Assembly: GCA_944321945.1 (NCBI GenBank)
Contig: CALUNE010000010.1
Span: forward strand, 15,560 to 79,559
Length of the DNA stretch: 64,000 nucleotides
Source of the DNA: an uncultured Alistipes sp.
GTDB taxonomy: Bacteria; Bacteroidota; Bacteroidia; Bacteroidales; Rikenellaceae
Direction: 5' to 3'
The translations under genes and the position numbers were made by a program. This document shows positions 1 through 10,530 of the stretch, piece after piece. Under the pieces are notes generated by a model. That model was not told the DNA's origin, made no database searches, and worked only from the letters and a program-made list of their open reading frames with translations. The first letter of the stretch is position 1. The number at the start of each line of letters is the position of its first letter.

Positions 1-2
1 AT

Positions 3-155
3 AGCAAAGTGATGGTCGACGACATGGAGGTGGGCCATGGTGCCGGAGATTCGAAAAAGGAGGCCGAGCAACATGCCGCCTACTCGGTTTCACAGGCGTT
101 GACCGATGAGCAGTGTGCTTCATTGCTCGATAAAATTGATCGTCTCTCGCATTGA
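3..155 (+). CDS. rnc: Ribonuclease III, C-terminal dsRNA-binding domain (partial; gene starts before the window)
   Basis: Frame 3 reads SKVMVDDMEVGHGAGDSKKEAEQHAAYSVSQAL...RLSH*, matching the dsRBD G-x-G-x-SKKEAEQ-x-AA signature; TGA at 153-155. Confidence 0.85.
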   Translation, partial: SKVMVDDMEVGHGAGDSKKEAEQHAAYSVSQALTDEQCASLLDKIDRLSH

Positions 156-416
156 CGGCGGCTCGAGAGCAGGGCGTACACGAAGTGCGGGAGCGGAGGC
201 GCGAAGGAACGAGGGGCCGGGAACGGGGCTGGGGCAGAAACGAGACCTGGCGCGTAAAGAGTGGGGCCGGGAACGGGCGGGAGCCAGAAAAGAAATCCGA
301 AACAGAATCGCCAAATCGCCGGAGCGTAAAGAGCGGGACCGGGGGTGGGCCCGAAACGTGACTTGAAACCGGAGCGGTCCATGTAGATCAAATACGGGTA
401 TTAACCGTTGTCAATC

Positions 417-1055
417 ATGCAGAACATACGCAATAAGATGACTTCGCGGGGTGTCGAGGCTCTCGACGACCGGGAGTTGTTGTCGCTTCTGCTCGAGGAT
501 GAACAGTTGGCCGAGGTGCTTTTGTCGACCTATGGAGGCTCGTTGTCGCGTTTGACGTCGGAACCCGAGGCTCGGTTGCGTATGGTCGGCGGTCTGGGGC
601 TCAAACGGGCCCGGATGTTGCTGTTGGCGACGGAATTCGGACGTCGGGTGGCGGCGGCCGGTGCGGCGGAGTCCGATTTCATAGCGACGAGTGACGATGT
701 GGTGCGGATCTTTCGTCCGCAGTTGGAGCGCCTGTCGCATGAGGAGTGCTGGGCGGTTTATCTTACGGCGTCGAACCGCGTCATCGAGCGTCAGCGTGTG
801 AGCCAGGGCGGCGTGACGGGTACGGTGGTCGATCATCGATTGATTGTCAAACGTGCGTTGGAACTTCTGGCCACACAACTCATTTTGGTTCATAACCATC
901 CGTCGGGTACTCCTGAAGCCAGCGCACAGGATCGGGCCTTGACCGAGCGCATTGCCAGGGCGGCGGCCCTGTTTGACATCCGGCTGTTGGATCATGTGAT
1001 TATCGCCCGTGGCGGTGATTATTTTTCGTTTCGCGAGGGCGGTATGATTGGCTGA
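417..1055 (+). CDS. radC: RadC/JAB (MPN) domain protein
   Basis: G.EAL.D.ELL N-terminus, HEECWAVYL, HNHPSG..EAS.QD and LLDHVII motifs; ATG 417 preferred over TTG 408. Confidence 0.92.
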   Translation: MQNIRNKMTSRGVEALDDRELLSLLLEDEQLAEVLLSTYGGSLSRLTSEPEARLRMVGGLGLKRARMLLLATEFGRRVAAAGAAESDFIATSDDVVRIFRPQLERLSHEECWAVYLTASNRVIERQRVSQGGVTGTVVDHRLIVKRALELLATQLILVHNHPSGTPEASAQDRALTERIARAAALFDIRLLDHVIIARGGDYFSFREGGMIG

Positions 1056-1114
1056 CCGTGGAACCAGGTGATTGACTGACTGCGGACCCTTTGGATGAAT
1101 GGGCTCCTGAAGAT

Positions 1115-1152
1115 AAAAAACGACGGCTTCGCGCATGGAAGCCGTCGTTTTT
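1115..1152. terminator. Bidirectional intrinsic terminator
   Basis: AAAAAACGACGGCTTC-gcgcatg-GAAGCCGTCGTTTTT between convergent genes. Confidence 0.85.
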
Positions 1153-1171
1153 CGTGTTACGGTTGTCGGGA

Positions 1172-2407
1172 TCAGATCCCTTCGAAGGTCAGCACATAGC
1201 GGTATTGCCCGCCTTCGCTGCTGTCGAGCGTGATCTCCATGCCGTCGATCTTCTCGCCGGGCTGCCAGCCGTCGAGTGAGTTGTACTGGTAGGAGAGGGT
1301 CTCCGTCACGGGTGATCCGTTGGGCCATGCCGAGACCACCTTGACGGGCAGCAGATCATCCGTTTGTCCGAGCATTCCGAGGCTTCGCAGCATGTCGGAT
1401 TCATAGATGAAGCAGAGCCCGGGATTGAACCCGCGAAAGCCCTCGAAGAGGCGTTGATGTTCGTTCGAGTGGCGCGAAAACCGCTCGTCATAGGTAAAGG
1501 TTTGGGTCAGACCGCTGTTTTTCCAGCGGATCTGGGTGCAGGTGTTGCTGTTGTCGTAGACCAGATGAATCTCCTCCTGCGACGAGAGGCCTCCGTCGTA
1601 GTAAAAGTCCTGATAGCAGTCGGTGATTCGGTCGCCATCGTATTCGAACCCGTAGATCCGGGTCGATTTCGGATCCAGCAGGTCGGTCAGGGTGGCATGG
1701 TTGATGGCCGCAAAGCCGTTTGCGTTCTGGAATCCGCCGCCCTCGCACTCCCAGACACGACCGTAAGCCGGCGTCTTGTCGTAATACGTTTCGGTGATGG
1801 TGACCTTCGAGGAGTTGTTGGGGTCGTAGGCGAATTCCCAGGACATATAGGGATCTGTGAAGACCGCATACGAAAAACCCTTGATCGAGAGGAGGCGTCC
1901 CTCGTCGTCATAGGCGAGGTCCATGTAATACTCCGCCTTGCCGTTGTCATACTCGGTGATGCGGACCGGGCGGCCGTTCGGCAGGCGTCCCTGCGAGTTG
2001 TCGTCCTCATCCGGGTCGCTGCCCGAGGCCTTCTGCGTGATGGAGATTTCGATCTGCGTCGCCCCGCAGGTGATCGTGATGAAGGCCGTGCGGGCCTCCG
2101 ATCCGGTATTGGGCTGCAGGGTGATTTCGACGGTGTAGCTGCCGGCCTGGTCGCCGTGGTCGGGCGAGATCGAGATCCAGTCGGGAACTCCGGTGCCGGC
2201 ATCACGGATCGAGGCGCTCCATGCGGCCAGGGCGGTGAAGCGGACGCTCGTAGAGCCTGCTCCGGCTTCGGCCATCTGGGCCAGCTGCGAGACGTCGGGA
2301 ACCTGGATCTCGCCAAAGTCGCCCGACTGTGGCTTGTCATCGTCGCTGCAGGCTGCCATCATGAGCGCCGAGACGAAGAACAGCATGAAAAGTGAAACGT
2401 GTTTCAT
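1172..2407 (-). CDS. Surface lipoprotein with BACON domain and DUF4595-like C-terminal domain
   Basis: MKHVSLF...MMAAC-SDDD lipobox plus acidic export signal; W..S.....PDWISISP..G...V.ITLQPN.GSEARTA.ITI BACON pattern; LGMLG....LPVK motif; promoter TATATTTG on minus strand at 2473-2480. Confidence 0.72.
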   Translation of the reverse strand: MKHVSLFMLFFVSALMMAACSDDDKPQSGDFGEIQVPDVSQLAQMAEAGAGSTSVRFTALAAWSASIRDAGTGVPDWISISPDHGDQAGSYTVEITLQPNTGSEARTAFITITCGATQIEISITQKASGSDPDEDDNSQGRLPNGRPVRITEYDNGKAEYYMDLAYDDEGRLLSIKGFSYAVFTDPYMSWEFAYDPNNSSKVTITETYYDKTPAYGRVWECEGGGFQNANGFAAINHATLTDLLDPKSTRIYGFEYDGDRITDCYQDFYYDGGLSSQEEIHLVYDNSNTCTQIRWKNSGLTQTFTYDERFSRHSNEHQRLFEGFRGFNPGLCFIYESDMLRSLGMLGQTDDLLPVKVVSAWPNGSPVTETLSYQYNSLDGWQPGEKIDGMEITLDSSEGGQYRYVLTFEGI

Positions 2408-2575
2408 CCTCTTGAGTTGTTTTATGGTGATAAGTCTTCGAAAAAGTCCCCTCGCAGGAATATGCATTCTAACAAATATACGAAATAAATCGGTACGGGC
2501 TGCGGCATTTCTGTTTTATTTTGTATTTTTGCCATTTAGAATAACGAACAGGCAAATCAGTAAAAACAAAATACG

Positions 2576-4120
2576 ATGACTCAGGAAGAACTTTTCAAGA
2601 AGCTGGTCGCTCACTGCAAGGAGTACGGATTCGTATTCCCCTCGAGCGAGATCTACGACGGTCTGGGTGCGGTCTACGATTACGGACAGAACGGCGTCGA
2701 ATTGAAGAACAACATCAAGCGCTACTGGTGGGATTCAATGGTCAAGCTGCACGAGAATATCGTCGGTATCGACGCGGCGATCTTCATGCACCCCAAGACG
2801 TGGGAGGCTTCGGGTCACGTGGCGGCGTTCAACGACCCGCTGATCGACAACAAGGATTCGAAGAAACGCTATCGCGCCGACGTGCTGATCGAGGACTGGA
2901 TCGCCAAGCAGGATGAAAAGATCGAGAAGGAGGTCGAGAAGGCCCGCAAACGCTTCGGCGCCGACTTCGACGAGGCCAAATACCGCGCTACGTCGCCGCG
3001 TGTGGCCGAGACCCAGACCAAACGCGACGAGGTGCACCGCCGTTATGCCGAGGCGATGAATGCCAACGACCTGGCGGCCCTGCGTCAGATCATCCTCGAC
3101 TGCGAGATCGCCTGCCCGATCTCCGGCACGCGCAACTGGACCGAGGTGCGCCAGTTCAACCTGATGTTCTCGACGCAGATGGGCTCCACGTCCGAGGGCT
3201 CGTCGACGATCTACCTGCGTCCGGAGACGGCTCAGGGTATCTTCGTCAACTTCCTGAACGTGCAGAAGACCGGCCGCATGAAGATCCCGTTCGGTATCGC
3301 ACAGATCGGCAAGGCGTTCCGCAACGAGATCGTGGCGCGTCAGTTCATCTTCCGCATGCGCGAGTTCGAACAGATGGAGATGCAGTTCTTCGTCCGCCCG
3401 GGCACCGAGATGCAGTGGTGGAACGAGTGGCGCAACACGCGTATGGCCTGGCACCGTGCGCTGGGCTTCGGCGACGACAACTACCGCTTCCACGACCATG
3501 AGAAGCTGGCCCACTACGCCAACGCCGCAACCGATATCGAGTACAACTTCCCGTTCGGGTTCAAGGAGGTCGAGGGTATCCACTCGCGTACGGACTTCGA
3601 CCTGGGCAACCACCAGAAGTATTCGGGCAAGAAGATGCAGTATTTCGACCCGGAGACGGGCGAAAGCTACGTGCCCTACGTGGTCGAGACCTCGATCGGC
3701 GTCGACCGCATGTTCCTGCAGGTGATGTCGGCCGCCTATACCGAGGAGAAGCTCGAGGGCGGCGATTCGCGCGTGGTGCTGCGCTTCCCGGCGGCGCTGG
3801 CTCCGGTGAAGGTGGCCGTTCTGCCGCTTGTGAAGAAGGACGGCATGCCCGAAGTGGCCCAGAAGATCGTCGATCAGCTCAAGTACGACTACAACGTCGT
3901 CTACGACGAGAAGGATTCGGTGGGCAAGCGTTACCGCCGTCAGGATGCCATCGGAACGCCGTTCTGCGTGACAGTCGACGGACAGACGCTCGAGGACGGT
4001 ACGGTGACCGTCCGTCATCGCGATACGATGCAGCAGGAGCGCGTGAAGATCGAGGCGCTGCACGCCCTGGTCGACGAGGAGTGCTCCTACCGCAAACTGT
4101 TCCGGAAACTGAACCTGTAG
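2576..4120 (+). CDS. glyQS: Glycine--tRNA ligase (homodimeric type)
   Basis: SEIYDGL, LRPETAQG, FRNEI, FRMREFEQME and RYRRQDAIGTP motifs. Confidence 0.97.
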   Translation: MTQEELFKKLVAHCKEYGFVFPSSEIYDGLGAVYDYGQNGVELKNNIKRYWWDSMVKLHENIVGIDAAIFMHPKTWEASGHVAAFNDPLIDNKDSKKRYRADVLIEDWIAKQDEKIEKEVEKARKRFGADFDEAKYRATSPRVAETQTKRDEVHRRYAEAMNANDLAALRQIILDCEIACPISGTRNWTEVRQFNLMFSTQMGSTSEGSSTIYLRPETAQGIFVNFLNVQKTGRMKIPFGIAQIGKAFRNEIVARQFIFRMREFEQMEMQFFVRPGTEMQWWNEWRNTRMAWHRALGFGDDNYRFHDHEKLAHYANAATDIEYNFPFGFKEVEGIHSRTDFDLGNHQKYSGKKMQYFDPETGESYVPYVVETSIGVDRMFLQVMSAAYTEEKLEGGDSRVVLRFPAALAPVKVAVLPLVKKDGMPEVAQKIVDQLKYDYNVVYDEKDSVGKRYRRQDAIGTPFCVTVDGQTLEDGTVTVRHRDTMQQERVKIEALHALVDEECSYRKLFRKLNL

Positions 4121-4142
4121 CCGCACGGCGGACGCATCCGAC

Positions 4143-4556
4143 ATGGGACGGATTCTGGCCATCGATTACGGCACCAAACGCACGGGGATCGCGGTGAGCG
4201 ATCCTCTGCGGTTGATTGCCGGGGGGTTGGTGACCGTGCCGACCCACGATCTGGAACGCTGGCTGGCGGACTATTTCGCGCGCGAGGAGGTCTCGACCAT
4301 CGTCGTGGGCAAACCCGCGCGCATGGACGGAACGCCGTCCGACACGTGGCGCTTCATCGAGCCTCTGGCAAGACGTTTGCAGCGCACGTGGCCCGACAAG
4401 GAGGTCGTCTTCCACGACGAACGCTTCACCTCGGTGCTGGCCCACCGCACGATGCTCGAAAGCGGCATCGGTCGCATGGCCCGCCGCGACAAGGCGTTGG
4501 TCGACAAGATCTCCGCGACGATCATTTTACAAAGTTACATGGAATTCAACCGATGA
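4143..4556 (+). CDS. ruvX: YqgF/RuvX pre-16S rRNA nuclease
   Basis: ILAIDYGTKRTGIAVSDP, DERFTS and VDKISATIILQSY motifs. Confidence 0.95.
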   Translation: MGRILAIDYGTKRTGIAVSDPLRLIAGGLVTVPTHDLERWLADYFAREEVSTIVVGKPARMDGTPSDTWRFIEPLARRLQRTWPDKEVVFHDERFTSVLAHRTMLESGIGRMARRDKALVDKISATIILQSYMEFNR

Positions 4557-5098
4557 TTTATCCGATCGTGATCTATGGAGACGAGGTGCTGCGCAAGGCG
4601 TGTGCGCCCGTCACGCCCGATACGCTCGACGTGAAGAAGTTCGAGGAGGACATGTTCCTGACGCTCGACGAGGCCGGCGGCGTAGGGCTTGCCGCCCCGC
4701 AGGTGGGCAAGAACCTGCGCTTCTTCGTGGTCGACTGCACGCCGTGGGCCGAGGAGGACCCCGCCTGCGCCGACTACAAACGCGCCTTCATGAATGCCGA
4801 AATCTACGAGTACTCCGACGAAACGAAGACCTACAACGAAGGCTGCCTGTCGTTTCCGGGCATCTATGCCGACGTGCAGCGCTCGCTGCGGATCCGGATG
4901 CGCTACCAGGATACGGACTTCGTCGAACACGACGAGGAGTTCACGGGCCTCAAGGCGTGGGTCATCCAGCACGAGTACGACCATATCCAGGGCAAGGTCT
5001 TTACGGACCGGATCTCGCCGCTGCGCCGTCAGCTGCTCAAGAGCAAACTGTTGAACCTGGCCAAGGGAAAGTTCCGTTGCGCCTACAAAACCCGATAG
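4553..5098 (+). CDS. def: Peptide deformylase
   Basis: GVGLAAPQVG, EGCLS and QHEYDH motifs; true ATG at 4553 overlaps the ruvX stop (ATGA). Confidence 0.96.
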   Translation: MIYPIVIYGDEVLRKACAPVTPDTLDVKKFEEDMFLTLDEAGGVGLAAPQVGKNLRFFVVDCTPWAEEDPACADYKRAFMNAEIYEYSDETKTYNEGCLSFPGIYADVQRSLRIRMRYQDTDFVEHDEEFTGLKAWVIQHEYDHIQGKVFTDRISPLRRQLLKSKLLNLAKGKFRCAYKTR

Positions 5099-5099
5099 C

Positions 5100-5408
5100 A
5101 TGAAAAAATTCTTAATCGGAGCATTCGCCGCCGCAGCCCTGCTGATGACGGGATGCGTGAAGTCGCCGGTGACGGGCTTCGCCTATACGGACATCAAGGA
5201 CGGCATGGCCGTCACGGGCAATGCCGGTTCGAGCAAGGTCGGTACGGCCGAGGTCAAGGGGTATGTCGGGCTGGTGGCGCTGGGCGACGCCAGCATCCAG
5301 ACGGCGGCCCGCGATGCCGGTATCACGCGCATCCATCACGTCGATTACCAGGTGAAATCCTATGTCGGCGTCTATACGATCTACACGATCATCGTCTACG
5401 GTGACTGA
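5100..5408 (+). CDS. TRL-like family lipoprotein
   Basis: Lipobox LMTGC; GLVALGDASI..AA..AGITRIHHVDY pattern typical of TRL-like proteins. Confidence 0.75.
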   Translation: MKKFLIGAFAAAALLMTGCVKSPVTGFAYTDIKDGMAVTGNAGSSKVGTAEVKGYVGLVALGDASIQTAARDAGITRIHHVDYQVKSYVGVYTIYTIIVYGD

Positions 5409-5937
5409 TCGGCGGCTCACGAGGTGGTTGGCCGGGGGAATTCTTCTGCTCGGCATGTCGCTGCCGGCTGCGGCTCAGGAGATCCGTTCGCATTACGTCT
5501 CGAAGGCCGAGGCGGACGGCGTGATCTATCACACCCTTCCGGTGACGCTGTTCGAACACCCCGAGGCGGGTGATCTGACCTTCGACATCACCTACAAGGA
5601 GCATCGCGGCGGGCATGCGACGCTGAATTTCACCTGCCGCATGCCGCGCCCCGAAACGGTGGATTCCGTTCGCTTCGTTTCGGGGGGTGCAATCCTCTCC
5701 GGACCGGTCTGCAAACTCTATCTCGAGCCCGAAAAACGGGGCTGGAAACACCGTTATACGTTCGATCTGGATGCTTCGCGGTTGTGTGCCTTCTTCGACG
5801 AGACGCAGCTGCCCGAGGTGACGCTCTATATCGACGATCAGCCGTGGATCTATCGGGCAAAACGGTCGGCATGGCGCTCCTATGCCCCGATCGGCTACCG
5901 GATCTTCGAGATGATCCGCGTCAACGAGGCGCATTGA
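5401..5937 (+). CDS. Hypothetical exported protein
   Basis: GTG start overlapping the upstream stop; signal peptide ending PAAA-QE; coding-like codon use. Confidence 0.65.
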   Translation: MTDRRLTRWLAGGILLLGMSLPAAAQEIRSHYVSKAEADGVIYHTLPVTLFEHPEAGDLTFDITYKEHRGGHATLNFTCRMPRPETVDSVRFVSGGAILSGPVCKLYLEPEKRGWKHRYTFDLDASRLCAFFDETQLPEVTLYIDDQPWIYRAKRSAWRSYAPIGYRIFEMIRVNEAH

Positions 5938-6096
5938 TCCGCGCAAGGATCGCCCTGCCATGAGGCCCGTGCGGTCCTGCTTCAGCGGAATGCGTCCGGG
6001 CGGTTTGCCTCTTTTTGCCGCAGGCCGGCGGGGGCGGTCCGGTTTGGCCCGGATTGGTTTACTCCCGGCGGCTGCCTGTCTTGAAACGTACAATCG

Positions 6097-6131
6097 AAAA
6101 CCCCGACTGTCGGAAGACGGTCGGGGTTTTT
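6097..6131. terminator. Bidirectional intrinsic terminator
   Basis: AAAACCCCGACTGTC-GGAA-GACGGTCGGGGTTTTT. Confidence 0.85.
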
Positions 6132-6150
6132 CAATATGCGTGGTCTGTGA

Positions 6151-6612
6151 TCAGAAGCGATAGCAGGCTCCGATGCTGATAGTCACGGGATTTTTGCGCA
6201 CATCGTCGAACATGGGCTGCCATTTGAGGCCGGCCGTGAGATCCCAGTCGCGGGCGACACGGTAGTCGAAACCGCCACCGATGTTCAGACCGGCAGCCCA
6301 GCGGCCGATGTCGTTGGCCGTGAGACCCACAGCGGGATAGATCTTCCAGTCGTCACTCAGATGGAAGACATATTGTACGTCGACATTCAGATCAATCGAA
6401 CATTGGTTGTGCAACAGGGCGATCATCGACGGTTCGATCCGCCAATTATCCGTAAAGCTGTATCGTGCGAAGCCTCCCAGACCGACCACTCCGTCTCCGG
6501 TATTCGTGTAGATATTCATACGCGGGCCAATTGCCCATTTGCCTGCATCTTGAGCCGATGCTGCCGAGACCACGAAAAGTGCAGCGATCGCGGAAAGAAG
6601 AATTTTTTTCAT
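6151..6612 (-). CDS. Small outer-membrane beta-barrel protein
   Basis: Signal peptide MKKILLSAIAALFVVSAASAQ; alternating beta strands; C-terminal YRF; promoter TATATTTG (minus) at 6659-6666. Confidence 0.85.
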   Translation of the reverse strand: MKKILLSAIAALFVVSAASAQDAGKWAIGPRMNIYTNTGDGVVGLGGFARYSFTDNWRIEPSMIALLHNQCSIDLNVDVQYVFHLSDDWKIYPAVGLTANDIGRWAAGLNIGGGFDYRVARDWDLTAGLKWQPMFDDVRKNPVTISIGACYRF

Positions 6613-6727
6613 GACCAGTTGTTGTTTGATGAACGAACTATTCAAAAACTTTACCAAACAAATATAAGGAAAAAGGGAATCTGCCGCAAATAATTTCAAC
6701 CAAACCGATACATTTGTCAACATACGG

Positions 6728-6757
6728 AAAATCCCGCAGCCAAGGCTGCGGGATTTT
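6728..6757 (-). terminator. Intrinsic terminator after ppdK
   Basis: AAAATCCCGCAGCC-AA-GGCTGCGGGATTTT. Confidence 0.85.
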
Positions 6758-6804
6758 GGCGAATCGGAATCGGACGGGGTGTGAGCCCATCCCGCATCCG
6801 GAGT

Positions 6805-9534
6805 CTATTTTTCGTTCAGCGCGGCGTGGGCGGCGGCCAGGCGGGCGATGGGCACGCGGAAGGGCGAGCAGCTCACGTAGTTCAGACCGGCATAGTGGCA
6901 GAACTCCACCGACGAGGGTTCGCCGCCGTGTTCGCCGCAGATGCCGCACTTGAGAGTCGGACGTGTGCCACGGCCCTTGAAGACGGCTTCGCGGATCAAC
7001 TGGCCTACGCCGTTACGGTCGAGGATCTGGAACGGGTCGTTCTTCAGAATGCCCTTCTCCAGGTAGACGGGCAGGAACTTGCCGATATCGTCGCGCGAGA
7101 ATCCGAGGGTCATCTGCGTCAGGTCGTTCGTGCCGAACGAGAAGAACTCGGCCACTTCGGCGATCTGGTTGGCGGTGACGGCTGCACGCGGCACCTCGAT
7201 CATCGTGCCGACCATGTATTCGATACGGTCGTTGCGCTCGTTGAAGACCTGTTCGGCCGTTGCGTCGATAATCTTCTTCTGGTAGCGGAGCTCCTTGTGG
7301 TTGCCCACCAGCGGAACCATGATCTCGACGTGTACGGGGATGCCCGTAGCCTTGACGTTCATGGCCGCCTCGATGATGGCGCGGGTCTGCATTTCGGTGA
7401 TTTCGGGATAGGTGTTGCCCAGACGGCAGCCGCGGTGACCCAGCATCGGGTTGAACTCGGCCAGCGACTCGACCTTCTCGACAATCTTGTGCAAGGGCAC
7501 TCCCATCTCTTCGGCCATCTCCTTCTGACCCTTCTCGTCGTGGGGCACGAACTCGTGCAGAGGGGGATCGAGCAGACGCACCGTCACGGGGTATCCGTTC
7601 ATGACCTTGAACAGCCCTTCGAAGTCGCCGCGCTGCATGGGGAGCAGTTTGGCCAGAGCGACGCGGCGTCCGGCCTCGTCATCGGCCAGGATCATCTCGC
7701 GGATGGCCTTGATGCGGTCGCCCTCGAAGAACATGTGCTCCGTACGGCAGAGGCCGATACCTTCGGCGCCGAAGGCGAAGGCCTGTGCGGCATCCTTCGG
7801 GGTATCGGCGTTGGCGCGCACCTTGAGCACCGAGTATTTCGAAGCCAGCTCCATGAGCTTGCCGAAGTCGCCGCTCAGATCGGCGGCCTTCGTGGCCACC
7901 TGACCCAGGTAGACTTCACCCGTCGAGCCGTTGAGCGAGATCCAGTCGCCCTCCTTGACCGTAAATCCGTTGACCTGGATCGTGCGGGCCTTGTAGTCGA
8001 TCTGCAGTTCGCCGGCGCCCGAGACGCAGCATTTGCCCATACCGCGGGCCACGACGGCGGCGTGCGAGGTCATACCGCCGCGGGCGGTGAGGATACCTGC
8101 GGCGTCGAGCATACCCTTCAGGTCTTCGGGCGAGGTCTCGATGCGCACCAGAATGGCTTTCTGACCCGTCTTTGCGAAGACCTTTTCGGCATCTTCGGCG
8201 AAGAAGACCACGGGACCCGTGGCGGCGCCGGGCGATGCGGGCAGACCCTTGGTGATGACCTGGGCCGAGGCGATGGCCTTCTTGTCGAAGACCGGGTGGA
8301 GCAGTTCGTCGAGTTTCGAGGGCTCGCAGCGCAGCACGGCGGTCTTCTCGTCGATCAGACCTTCGCGCAGCATGTCCATGGCGATCTTCACCATGGCGGC
8401 ACCCGTACGTTTGCCGTTGCGGCACTGCAGCATCCAGAGCTTGCCGTCCTGGATCGTGAACTCGATGTCCTGCATGTCGGTGAAGTACTGCTCCAGGTGG
8501 TGCTGGATTTCGTTGAGCTCCTTGTAGACTTCGGGCATCACCTCCTCGAGCGAGGGATATTTGCTCTTGCGCTCCTCTTCGGAGATGTTCTGGGCCTTGG
8601 CCCAGCGTTTCGAGCCCTCGATGGTGATCTGCTGCGGGGTGCGGATACCGGCCACGACATCCTCGCCCTGGGCGTTGATCAGGTATTCGCCGTTGAAGAT
8701 GTTCTCACCCGTTGCGGCGTCGCGCGAGAAGGCCACGCCCGTAGCCGAGTTGTTGCCCATGTTGCCGAATACCATGGCCTGTACGGAGACGGCCGTACCC
8801 CACTCCTGGGGGATGTTGTTGAGTTTGCGGTAGAGGATGGCGCGTTCGTTCATCCACGATCCGAAGACGGCGCAGATGGCTCCCCAGAGCTGGTCCCACG
8901 GATTGGTGGGGAAGTCCTCGCCGGTCTGCTTCTTGACGGCGGCCTTGAACTCCTTGACCAGCTCCTTGAGGTCATCGGTGGTCAGGTCGGTGTCGTTCTT
9001 TACGCCGCGTTTGGTTTTCAGGGCATCGATGATCTCCTCGAAGGGGTCGTGATCCTCCTTCGAGGCGGGTTTCATGCCCAGCACGACGTCGCCGTACATC
9101 TGGACGAAACGACGATACGAGTCCCAGGCGAAGCGGGGGTTGCCCGTACGTTTGGCGACGGCTTCGACGGCCTGGTCGTTCATGCCGAGGTTGAGGATCG
9201 TGTCCATCATGCCGGGCATCGAGGCGCGGGCGCCCGAGCGTACCGATACGAGCAGGGGCATCTCCTTGTCGCCGAACTTCATGCCGGTGAGGGTTTCGAT
9301 ATTCTTCATGGCCTTTTCGACCTCGGGCTTGAGGAGTTTGATGACGGCCTCTTTGCCGTGGCTGTAGTATTCGGTGCACACTTCGGTGGTGATGGTGAAT
9401 CCCGGGGGTACGGGGATGCCGATGAGGTTCATTTCGGCGAGGTTGGCACCCTTACCGCCGAGCAGCTCCCGCATTTTGCCATTTCCTTCGGCCTCTTTGT
9501 TACCGAAGGTGTAGACTCGTTTAACGTCTGCCAT
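6805..9534 (-). CDS. ppdK: Pyruvate, phosphate dikinase
   Basis: [25 protein letters not shown] (phospho-His), [21 protein letters not shown] and CGEHGG motifs. Confidence 0.98.
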   Translation of the reverse strand: MADVKRVYTFGNKEAEGNGKMRELLGGKGANLAEMNLIGIPVPPGFTITTEVCTEYYSHGKEAVIKLLKPEVEKAMKNIETLTGMKFGDKEMPLLVSVRSGARASMPGMMDTILNLGMNDQAVEAVAKRTGNPRFAWDSYRRFVQMYGDVVLGMKPASKEDHDPFEEIIDALKTKRGVKNDTDLTTDDLKELVKEFKAAVKKQTGEDFPTNPWDQLWGAICAVFGSWMNERAILYRKLNNIPQEWGTAVSVQAMVFGNMGNNSATGVAFSRDAATGENIFNGEYLINAQGEDVVAGIRTPQQITIEGSKRWAKAQNISEEERKSKYPSLEEVMPEVYKELNEIQHHLEQYFTDMQDIEFTIQDGKLWMLQCRNGKRTGAAMVKIAMDMLREGLIDEKTAVLRCEPSKLDELLHPVFDKKAIASAQVITKGLPASPGAATGPVVFFAEDAEKVFAKTGQKAILVRIETSPEDLKGMLDAAGILTARGGMTSHAAVVARGMGKCCVSGAGELQIDYKARTIQVNGFTVKEGDWISLNGSTGEVYLGQVATKAADLSGDFGKLMELASKYSVLKVRANADTPKDAAQAFAFGAEGIGLCRTEHMFFEGDRIKAIREMILADDEAGRRVALAKLLPMQRGDFEGLFKVMNGYPVTVRLLDPPLHEFVPHDEKGQKEMAEEMGVPLHKIVEKVESLAEFNPMLGHRGCRLGNTYPEITEMQTRAIIEAAMNVKATGIPVHVEIMVPLVGNHKELRYQKKIIDATAEQVFNERNDRIEYMVGTMIEVPRAAVTANQIAEVAEFFSFGTNDLTQMTLGFSRDDIGKFLPVYLEKGILKNDPFQILDRNGVGQLIREAVFKGRGTRPTLKCGICGEHGGEPSSVEFCHYAGLNYVSCSPFRVPIARLAAAHAALNEK

Positions 9535-9699
9535 AGTTTTTGATTTTAGAATTGTATCGTTAAAAATAAAAAAAATTTCACAAAATCAGCCCCTTGGAGC
9601 CGAAAAAATCGCGGTGACGAAATTCGGCCGCGTCAAAAAAAGGTTATTTTCGCTCGGAGGGATTGCGAAAATAGGAAAACTTTTCTGAAATTCCAAATC

Positions 9700-10515
9700 T
9701 TACGGGCGGATATATACAAAAACGGGCAACGAATATCCAAAACCGCCCTGATAGCGTCCGCGCGAGAAGGTCGGGCGGGGGTTACCGCTCTTTTGGTCAA
9801 CCAGATAGCGCCGGACGAAGACGTCTGCTCCGAAGGCATGCAACGTTGTGTCGACGAGTATCCGGTCGCGCATCTCCCAGCGGCCGGCCCGACGGATGGT
9901 GCCGCGTCCGGCCTTTTCGGCGCGGGCCGTGGCATCGACGAGACCGAACGTTGCGGCGGGCAGTTTTCCGATGCGTCCCAGCACGACGAGCGGAATGCCG
10001 GGGTGTTCGTCGCGCAGGTCTCCGATGAGCCAGCGGGCCGTTGACTCGTCACCGCACAGGGCCAGTCCGACGATCCGTCCCTCCAGTTCACCCTCGACGT
10101 AGAGGTAGCGTCGTCCGACCTCGACATCCAGCGGATAGAACCGGTCGCCGTAGTAGAGCAGGGCAAAGTCCATGCCGTCGAGCGTATTGAGCGTGCGGTG
10201 GAGGTAGGAGTATTCGCCGCGGCAGGCCGTCGCCAGATCGCGCACGACCTGTTCGTTCTCGACGCCCCACAGCGCCACGATGTCCAGTGCCATGGTATCG
10301 ATGACGGCGGCCGTGTTTCGGATCTTGCGTTGATAACGCTCCGTGTTCCAGCGGTAACGGCCCTGGGGCGTATGCTCTTCGTCGTTGTAGAACAGGGCGG
10401 GCAGGGTGTCGTAGATGCGGTCGACGTCGTAGAAGGCCACACCGACGGGCCGGCGGCCGAAGGCGGCAAGTCCCGCCAGCATCAGCGGCACGAGGATCGA
10501 CAGCAGACGCATCAT
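9700..10515 (-). CDS. Exported endonuclease/exonuclease/phosphatase-fold protein, degenerate active site
   Basis: Signal peptide; VAFYDVDRIYD, WNTERYQRKI, DFALLY and GRYQGGFGYSLPV align by eye to the Bacteroidota EEP family. Confidence 0.7.
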   Translation of the reverse strand: MMRLLSILVPLMLAGLAAFGRRPVGVAFYDVDRIYDTLPALFYNDEEHTPQGRYRWNTERYQRKIRNTAAVIDTMALDIVALWGVENEQVVRDLATACRGEYSYLHRTLNTLDGMDFALLYYGDRFYPLDVEVGRRYLYVEGELEGRIVGLALCGDESTARWLIGDLRDEHPGIPLVVLGRIGKLPAATFGLVDATARAEKAGRGTIRRAGRWEMRDRILVDTTLHAFGADVFVRRYLVDQKSGNPRPTFSRGRYQGGFGYSLPVFVYIRP

Positions 10516-10530
10516 GGCCGGCCTGAGGGG

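Noticed and set aside
417-1055. radC as a marker of a mobile element or anti-defence island
   Set aside because: It is the full-length chromosomal form next to rnc, with no mobility genes nearby.
6781-9543. 920-aa + strand ORF, and similar long antisense ORFs (30706-33960, 38546-41944, 49317-51644, 51826-53508, 53509-55527, 61653-63230)
   Set aside because: They mirror well-conserved genes on the opposite strand. GC-rich codon bias removes antisense stops, and they carry no recognisable motifs.
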